32,000 nt of DNA, taken from Gammaproteobacteria bacterium. GTDB lineage: Bacteria > Pseudomonadota > Gammaproteobacteria > Thiohalomonadales > Thiohalomonadaceae. A program made the position numbers and the translations under genes. Where the stretch lies: positions 1 to 32,000 of the forward strand of contig JAWLHA010000048.1 in NCBI GenBank assembly GCA_041690535.1, read 5' to 3'. The notes beneath the pieces are model-generated. The model had not been told where the DNA came from. It searched no databases and saw only the letters and a program-made list of their open reading frames with translations. Below are positions 25,906 to 32,000 of this stretch, one piece after another (position 1 is the first letter of the stretch; every line of letters begins with the position of its first letter).

Positions 25906-27147
25906 TCAAGGCTCCAGGGTTATCTTGATGCACCCCGCCTGCTTGTCGCGAAACATCGCATAGCGCCCGGCGCATCCTCCAGCTTCAGGCGGTGGCTGAT
26001 CACGAAGGTGGGATCGATGTCTCTGTGTTCGATTCGCTCGAGGAGCATCGGCATATAGCGCGGCACGTGGGTCTGGCCCATCTTGAAGGTCAGTCCCTTT
26101 GCAAAGGCCGCTCCCATGGGGAACTTGTCGATCACCCCGCCGTAGACGCCCGGGATGGAGACCGTTCCCCCTTTGCCACAGGTGTAGATGGCTTCCCGCA
26201 GCACCGTGGCCCGGTCGGTCTCGAGCATGAGCGATTGCTTGAGTTTGTCGTACTGCGCTGTAATACCGTGTCCGTGGGCCTCCATTCCCACTGCGTCGAT
26301 ACAGGCGTCGGGACCGCGTCCCCCCGTCATCTCCTTGAGGGTCTCCGATACCTTGTGCTCCCTTGTGCTCATTGCGGTTGAGGATCTCTATGCCGCCGTC
26401 GCCATGCTCCTTCGCCATGGCCAGCCGATCGGGAAGGCTGTCGATGGCGATCACCCGCTCGGCACCGAGCATCAGCGCGCTCTGCATGGCGAACTGTCCC
26501 ACAGGGCCCGCCCCCCACACCGCGACCACATCGCCCGGCGCGATCCCGCAGGCCTCCGCCGCCTGGTAACCGGTGGGGAGGATGTCCGACAGGAACAGCA
26601 CTTGCTCATCGTCCAGGCCGACATCGGGGATCTTGATCGAGCCCGTGTCGGCGAAAGGCACCCGAAGGTACTCCGCCTGCCCCCCGGCGTAGCCGCCGAG
26701 CATGCGGGTGTAGCCAAACAGACCGGCGGGCGAGTCACCGTAGAGTTGCTCTGGCATCCAGGCATCTTGCGGGCCCGGCTTGTCCGGTCATTATTCGTTC
26801 CGCCATCGTGGGTCCCTCTTCGTAGCGTTACGCTGACTGCCGTCAGTGATGTGGCGAGCGTGCGGACCGCCGACCCGTCGGTGGCGCAGGCTGTGCCCCG
26901 GACGGTTATGGACGCGCCCGTCGAGCACACAGGGAGGTGTTTGCTGCAGTCTTGGCCTTGGCATGCCCCGGATTCCGCTGGCGCTCCATCCGGGCTACAA
27001 GGTTCCATCCCCAACTGCCTGTATTGACCCCCGCCGCAATTTTCCTGTGGCCCCGATTCCGCTAATGTGATCTCTCTATAGGTTGTTCACTCTGGAGCAC
27101 CGAACAGGCGAATCCACCCAGTCCTGCCATTGCTGTTTGCGTTCCAT
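25906..27147 (-). pseudogene. Zn-dependent alcohol/formaldehyde dehydrogenase-like gene, disrupted by multiple frameshifts
   Basis: The C-terminal two thirds can be reconstructed across three frames: [22 protein letters not shown]...VWGAGPVGQ...[12 protein letters not shown], then a shift at the 10-bp tandem duplication 26351-26370 to [27 protein letters not shown]...[15 protein letters not shown], then a shift near 25962 to [18 protein letters not shown]. An in-frame TGA lies ~30 nt upstream of 26757. The N-terminal part (26790-27147) is not readable in any single frame, so the 5' limit is uncertain. Confidence 0.7.
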
Positions 27148-27232
27148 GACATACCTCCACTCAGCGAGTGTCGACATGGTTTACACCCCCAAGGCTAGCC
27201 CAGCTTCCTTAGCGGTTACCGGTGCGCAGAGA

Positions 27233-27302
27233 TGTAGGGTGGATAAGCGCAGCGCATCCACCATTCGGACCCGGTGGATGCGCTGCGCTTATCCACCCTA
27301 CA
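27233..27302. repeat. REP/BIME-like perfect palindrome (two inverted 30-nt REP units)
   Basis: tgtagggtggataagcgcagcgcatccacc - attcggaccc - ggtggatgcgctgcgcttatccaccctaca. The motif GATGCGCTGCGCTTATCC..CCTAC resembles enterobacterial REP units. It lies 33 nt downstream of the stop of 27335-28432. Confidence 0.7.
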
Positions 27303-27334
27303 TTATTGTTCGGTGCTCGGGTGACCTGTGCGAC

Positions 27335-28432
27335 TCAGGTGCCGCTCAACACCGCCCTGTGGGCGCCTGTAAGGACCCCTTCCACCTGGGCGGCGCGCTG
27401 GTCGTAGGTGTGGTGGGCGAGGACGCGAAGGCGTGCACACTCACCGAGGCTGCGGGCCCGCTTCGGGCTCAGGGCAAGGAGGTGGCCGATCACCTCGTCA
27501 CCGTCCCTCGCCACCAGGATCTCGCTGTCGGGCTCGAAGAAGACATCGATCCCCTCCCAGGCATCGGTGATGATGCAGGCCCCGGCGCCGGCGGCCTCGA
27601 AGACCCGGGTGGCGGGCGAGAAGCCGTTGTGCGCCATGCTGTCGCGACTGATGTTGAGTACCGCGCGGGTGCTGCAGTTGAAGGCGTTGTGATCGGCAGT
27701 GTAGACGTGGCCCACATATTTCACGTTTTCGGGCATCGGCTTGTCGTGCCAGCCGTTGCCGCCGAGCAGAAAGCTCTCGTGCGGCAGGCACTCGGCGGCA
27801 CGGAGAAAGAACGATTCCACGCGCCGTTCCCGATCGGGCAGGCGGTTGCCGAGGAAACCGAGGCTGGCGTGAAAACGCCCCTCAGCCGAAACGGGGTAGT
27901 GGGTGTCGGGGTCCAGGGCGTTGTAGATCGGGACGCAGCGGCGCGCCCCCAGCCGCTCGAAGGCCGCCACCACCGGGTCTCCGCCCCCGTAGGTGAGCAC
28001 GAAGTCGTACTCGGGCAAAGTGGCCCGCAACGGATCGTTCCGGTCCTCATTCAGGCGTTGCAGTGTGGCCGGCGCATCCACATCCCAGTAAATGGCCAGG
28101 GTGCCGGGACGCACCGTCGCGGGCACGGCCCTCTCGAGCAGGGCGTCGTACACGCCGATGCCGCTGGCCTTGACCACCACATCGGCGCCGCTGGCCTGCT
28201 CCAGCATGCGCAGAGCAGCGGCGTCGTCATCACCGGGATAGACCACCACCCTGGCCCAATCGGGGTCCGGCATGTCGCGGTGCTGTTGGCGCTCGTAGGC
28301 GTCGGGCTCGTAGAAGGTGATGCGGTGGCCCCGCCGGGCCAGCGCCTTGAGGAGCCCTCGGTAGTAGGTGGCCGCGCCGTTCCAGTAGGCGGAAACCAGG
28401 CTGGAGCCGAAAAAGGCGATGTCGAGTCTCAT
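27335..28432 (-). CDS. CgeB/DUF3880-like glycosyltransferase (paralog 2)
   Basis: 365-aa ORF. The N-terminus is SAYWNGAATYYRGL. The C-terminal motif is SPATRVFEAAGAGACIITDAWEGIDVFFEPDSEILVAR. Confidence 0.8.
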   Translation of the reverse strand: MRLDIAFFGSSLVSAYWNGAATYYRGLLKALARRGHRITFYEPDAYERQQHRDMPDPDWARVVVYPGDDDAAALRMLEQASGADVVVKASGIGVYDALLERAVPATVRPGTLAIYWDVDAPATLQRLNEDRNDPLRATLPEYDFVLTYGGGDPVVAAFERLGARRCVPIYNALDPDTHYPVSAEGRFHASLGFLGNRLPDRERRVESFFLRAAECLPHESFLLGGNGWHDKPMPENVKYVGHVYTADHNAFNCSTRAVLNISRDSMAHNGFSPATRVFEAAGAGACIITDAWEGIDVFFEPDSEILVARDGDEVIGHLLALSPKRARSLGECARLRVLAHHTYDQRAAQVEGVLTGAHRAVLSGT

Positions 28433-28446
28433 GGGTAGCGTGTCCT

Positions 28447-29562
28447 TCAGTTGTGATACACCGACGGCAGACCCAGCTGGCGGCAGATGGCCAGCAGCTC
28501 ATCCACCCGGTGGGCGCAGGTGTGGCGTTTGAGGATGGTCTCGTGGCCGCTCAGGGCCAGCTCGGCGGCCATCTCCGGGTCATTGAGCAGGTCGCGGATC
28601 TGCCGTTTCACCTCCCGGCCGTTGCGGGCGACAAGGTAGTCGCGGCCGGGCCGGAACAACCCCTCGATATCCTCCCACGGGGCGCAGATGAGCGGGATGC
28701 CGCAGGCCAGCGCCTCGAAGGGGCGGATGGTGGGAATGCCAGGCAAGGCCTCCACGTAAGGCCGCCGGGGGACATGCACGGTGCAGCGGAAGCGACTGAA
28801 GACTTCGGGGACCTCAAAGTTGGGCAGCCATCCGGCGTACTCGATCCCCCGGTACTCCAGCGCCTCCCTCGCTTCGCGGGGGTAGCGCACCCCATAGACA
28901 CGCCCCTTGAGCTTCAGCTCCAGAATGGGATCGAAGACGAACTCGAACAGCTCGGAAGTGCGCTCTTCGTCACCCCAGTTGCCCACCCAAACCAGATCGC
29001 CCCAGTCACGGGTGTGGCCGTCGAGGGGGCGGAACACGCGGGTGTCCGCCGCCTCGTGCCAGGTCCAGGCCCGCTGTATCCACCCCTTGGCCAGGTAGAG
29101 GTCGCGGATGACCTCGCCAAAGGCGAGCACCCCGTCGTAGTGCGAGAGATCGTAGGCGGCGATGCTCTGGCGCTCGGTGAGGGAGCGGTGGTGGGTGTCG
29201 TGGAACAGCAGCCGGTAGCCATTGTGCCCGGCCCGGTGGCGTCCCACCCGGGCGACCAGTTCGTGGTCACTCCATTCGTGGATGATGACCAGATCCGCCC
29301 CCTCGAGAACCCGGTCCAGATCCAGCTCTGCCAACCGGTAGGCGTGGCTCTCCAGCCCAGGATAGACGCGCCGGAATTTCTCCAGGGAAGCCGGGCCGCC
29401 GGGCTCCTCCAGCAGGTTGACCAGGCTCCAGGCCTGCTCCGGCTCGTACACCGCCACCTCATGGCCGCGGGACCGCAGCTCGGTGACGACCCCCCGCAGG
29501 AAGTGGGCGTTGCCGTGGTTCCAGTCGGACCGCAGCGAATGGTAGAAGAGGACGAGTCGCAT
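28447..29562 (-). CDS. CgeB/DUF3880-like glycosyltransferase (paralog 3, more divergent)
   Basis: 371-aa ORF. The N-terminus is SDWNHGNAHFLRGV. The C-terminal motif is IRPFEALACGIPLICAPWEDIEGLFRPGRDYLVAR. Confidence 0.75.
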   Translation of the reverse strand: MRLVLFYHSLRSDWNHGNAHFLRGVVTELRSRGHEVAVYEPEQAWSLVNLLEEPGGPASLEKFRRVYPGLESHAYRLAELDLDRVLEGADLVIIHEWSDHELVARVGRHRAGHNGYRLLFHDTHHRSLTERQSIAAYDLSHYDGVLAFGEVIRDLYLAKGWIQRAWTWHEAADTRVFRPLDGHTRDWGDLVWVGNWGDEERTSELFEFVFDPILELKLKGRVYGVRYPREAREALEYRGIEYAGWLPNFEVPEVFSRFRCTVHVPRRPYVEALPGIPTIRPFEALACGIPLICAPWEDIEGLFRPGRDYLVARNGREVKRQIRDLLNDPEMAAELALSGHETILKRHTCAHRVDELLAICRQLGLPSVYHN

Positions 29563-29566
29563 GGGA

Positions 29567-30856
29567 TTACCCGCCCTTGCCGGGGGTGGGGAGAATTTCC
29601 AGCTGGGGCAGCGGCAGAGGGTGCTCCTCCTGGATGTCGCTGAAGCGGTCGAACAGCGAGAGGTAGTGTTCGTGGGCCCGCTCCCACGCGTGGTCGTCCG
29701 GTGGGCCCCACAAGGCCGTGTAGCTGGACGAGCCGGGGTAGGGGAAGAGGGGGACCGGCTCGTTGGCCCACACCCCTTCGGTGATGAGCTCCTGGCGCCA
29801 ACGGGTCACCGCGTCGCTGTCATCCACCTGGGAGTCGAGCAGGGTGGCCTGCACGAACGGGACGCTGCGCCGAGCGTGAACCAACCGCTCCTTCAACTGC
29901 TCGGCACCCATGCGGCAGTTCTTGTTGAGCAACATTCGCCCCAGCTCGGAGATGCTCTCCACCCCCGCCTCGATGGAGACGCATCCGGCCTCGCCCATCA
30001 GCTCGAGCATCTCGGGTTTCCACAGGTCGATGCGGGTCTGCACGCCGAAGCGGATCTCCCTCTCCCGGAGGGCCTCCAGCAGCTTGCGATCGGGGAGGAA
30101 AATCTCGTCCACGAAGTAGACGTAGCCGGCCCCCTTGGCGATGAGATCGTCCAGCTCTTTCACCACCTTCTCCAACGGCCGCCGGCGGTAGCGATCGCGG
30201 TAGTTCTCCTTGGCACAGAAGGTACAGCTGTAGGGGCAGCCGCGGGAGGCCTCCAGCTCGGCCCCCAGCCCCTTCCGCGGCTCGTCGAAGCGATGGTGGT
30301 GGTGGGGGTGGAGGAATTCACGGGGCCAGTGCAACGCCGGCAGGGCCGCCATGTCCGCCGCCTGGGGCCCCCCCTGGACCACCACCTCCGCGCCGCGGCG
30401 GTAGGCGATGCCCGTGGTCTTCAGCCCCTCGCGGGCAAGACGGGGCAGGACCTCCTCGCACTCGCCGAGCACCACCACGTCCGCCCCGCTCTTGCGCAGG
30501 GCCGCCGCCGGGGTGGTCGAGCCGTGGGGGCCCACCAGGACCACCGTCCCGGCCACCTCCCGCAGTGCGGCGATGGTCTGGCGCGGGACCCGCAGCTCCG
30601 GAGGGGGGCAGCGCCAGAAGAGGTAGCTGGGGGCGGAGGTGACTACGGTGAGGTCGGGCCTGAACTCCGCCAGGCGGGCGCGAATGCCGTCCAGGCCGGT
30701 GGGAAACAGGGTGGCATCGAGCAGCAGTACCTCATGGCCCCGCGCCTCCAGGAGCGCCTTGGCATAGCCGTACTCCAGCGGCAGGTGCGGCTCGCGGCAG
30801 CCGAAGTAGATGCTTCCTTCGAAGGTCCAGTGGGGGTTTACCAGGGCGAATCTCAT
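29567..30856 (-). CDS. B12-binding-domain radical SAM protein
   Basis: 429-aa ORF. The N-terminal part has a cobalamin-binding-like Rossmann region. The radical SAM cluster motif is ASRGCPYSCTFC. It overlaps the upstream gene by 4 nt, which suggests translational coupling. Confidence 0.88.
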   Translation of the reverse strand: MRFALVNPHWTFEGSIYFGCREPHLPLEYGYAKALLEARGHEVLLLDATLFPTGLDGIRARLAEFRPDLTVVTSAPSYLFWRCPPPELRVPRQTIAALREVAGTVVLVGPHGSTTPAAALRKSGADVVVLGECEEVLPRLAREGLKTTGIAYRRGAEVVVQGGPQAADMAALPALHWPREFLHPHHHHRFDEPRKGLGAELEASRGCPYSCTFCAKENYRDRYRRRPLEKVVKELDDLIAKGAGYVYFVDEIFLPDRKLLEALREREIRFGVQTRIDLWKPEMLELMGEAGCVSIEAGVESISELGRMLLNKNCRMGAEQLKERLVHARRSVPFVQATLLDSQVDDSDAVTRWRQELITEGVWANEPVPLFPYPGSSSYTALWGPPDDHAWERAHEHYLSLFDRFSDIQEEHPLPLPQLEILPTPGKGG

Positions 30857-31950
30857 AGGGCCATCCTCCCGGTCGCGTCATCGGATTCGGTGCCGTACTG
30901 GCGGGCCAGCCAGGCGTAGAGGCGGGCCACGCCGTTTTCGGTATCCACGGCGGGGCGCCAGCCGGTCAGGTCACTGAACCGGCGGGTGTCGGAGACGTAG
31001 TAGCGCTGGTCGCTGGTACGCCACTGCTGGAACTGCACCTCGGGCGCGGCACCCTGGAGCTTTTCGATCATCGCCAGCAGCTGCCGCAGGCTCAGGGTGT
31101 TGGCCGGGCCGCCGCCGATGTTGAAGGCCTGGCCGGCGAGCTGGCTCATGCGCGCCTGGGCCATGAGCAGCGCCTCCACCAGATCGTCCACGAACAGCAC
31201 GTCGCGCACTTGGCGGCCATCCCCGTAGATGGTGATGGGCCTGCCCAACAGGGCCTGCTTGAGGAAGTGGGCCACCCACCCCTGGTCCTCGGTGCCGAAC
31301 TGCCGGGGGCCGTAGATGCAGCTCATGCGGAACACCGCCGTGGGCACCTCGAAGGTGTGGGCGTAGTCAAGCACGTACTGGTCGGAGGTGCCCTTGGAGC
31401 AGCCGTAGGGGCTGCGGAACTCCAGTCCCCGCAGCTCACTGATCCCCTGGGCCCGGGTGGTGCTGTCGGCCGGCTCATAGGTGAGGGGGGTCTCCCGCAG
31501 GGGCACATTCTCCAGCCCGCCGTAGACCTTGTTGGTTGAGGTGAAGACCAGCGAGGGCGGGGCATCGCGGCGGCGGATCTCCTCAAGCAGATTGAGGGTG
31601 CCGCGGCTGTTCACCTCGTAATCGTCCACCGGGTTGGCGAGGCTGGTGGTCACCGCCACCTGGGCGGCGAAGTGGTAGACGCGGCCCGCCCGGGCGACCG
31701 CCTCCCGAAGGGCATGCCGGTTGCGAATGTCCGCGAGGCGGAACTCCAGCCCCTTGGGGTGGCGCCCCATCAGCCAGCGCAGATTCTGCTCGGTGCCCGG
31801 GCGCGAGAGGTTGTCCAGCACCAGCACCGGCTCGCCTTCGCACAGCAGTCGGTCAGCCAGATTGGTGCCGATGAATCCGGCACCACCGGTGATCAGCGTC
31901 ACCGGTGCGCCCTTGCGGCGCACGGGGCGACGCTCCAGCGACTTGAGCAT
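30853..31950 (-). CDS. NAD-dependent sugar epimerase/dehydratase (extended SDR, CDP-paratose 2-epimerase-like)
   Basis: It has TGGAGFIGTN and the catalytic YGCSK (YxxxK). The track start is the GTG at 31959, and the ATG at 31950 is an alternative. The frame stays open to the window edge, so the true start is uncertain. Confidence 0.85.
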   Translation of the reverse strand: MLKSLERRPVRRKGAPVTLITGGAGFIGTNLADRLLCEGEPVLVLDNLSRPGTEQNLRWLMGRHPKGLEFRLADIRNRHALREAVARAGRVYHFAAQVAVTTSLANPVDDYEVNSRGTLNLLEEIRRRDAPPSLVFTSTNKVYGGLENVPLRETPLTYEPADSTTRAQGISELRGLEFRSPYGCSKGTSDQYVLDYAHTFEVPTAVFRMSCIYGPRQFGTEDQGWVAHFLKQALLGRPITIYGDGRQVRDVLFVDDLVEALLMAQARMSQLAGQAFNIGGGPANTLSLRQLLAMIEKLQGAAPEVQFQQWRTSDQRYYVSDTRRFSDLTGWRPAVDTENGVARLYAWLARQYGTESDDATGRMAL

Positions 31951-32000
31951 GTCGGCCACGGCCGCCAGCCCCCCCTGCCCCAGCAGGCGGTGAAGCAGCT

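Overview
This is a chromosomal segment from a high-GC proteobacterium. The smc-zipA-ligA order and the CysZ, QueF and CbbY-type proteins suggest a gammaproteobacterium, but the taxon cannot be fixed from this window. All coordinates were read by eye and may be off by a few nt.

- **1-12.07 kb, housekeeping:** cbbY-like HAD phosphatase, aminotransferase, sulfotransferase, cysZ, FGGY kinase, queF, smc, zipA, ligA.
- **12.1-17.5 kb, accessory island:** GC is visibly lower here. An SDR gene is followed by an integron cassette array with no integrase (CALIN-type). The array holds five single-gene cassettes on the minus strand, separated by attC sites. One attC carries a ~660-nt group II intron with no ORF and a textbook domain V.
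- **MITEs:** Two elements of one family (209 and 234 bp) sit at 13.16 kb and 19.45 kb in inverted orientation, each with its own 8-bp target duplication. A second, 145-bp palindromic family occurs at 3.84 kb and, truncated, at the window start.
- **17.5-21.96 kb:** a hypothetical gene, an orphan heme A synthase (ctaA/COX15), a small ORF and a protein with six BON domains.
- **21.98-32 kb, minus-strand glycan-type operon of unknown product:** SDR epimerase, B12-binding radical SAM enzyme, three paralogous CgeB/DUF3880-like glycosyltransferases and a GT4 glycosyltransferase. The middle of the operon is decaying. A Zn-ADH-like gene and a ferritin-like gene are frameshifted, one by a 10-bp tandem duplication. 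Two small plus-strand ORFs lie between them, and REP-like palindromes sit at the outer ends of the decayed block.

No rRNA, tRNA or CRISPR array was seen.
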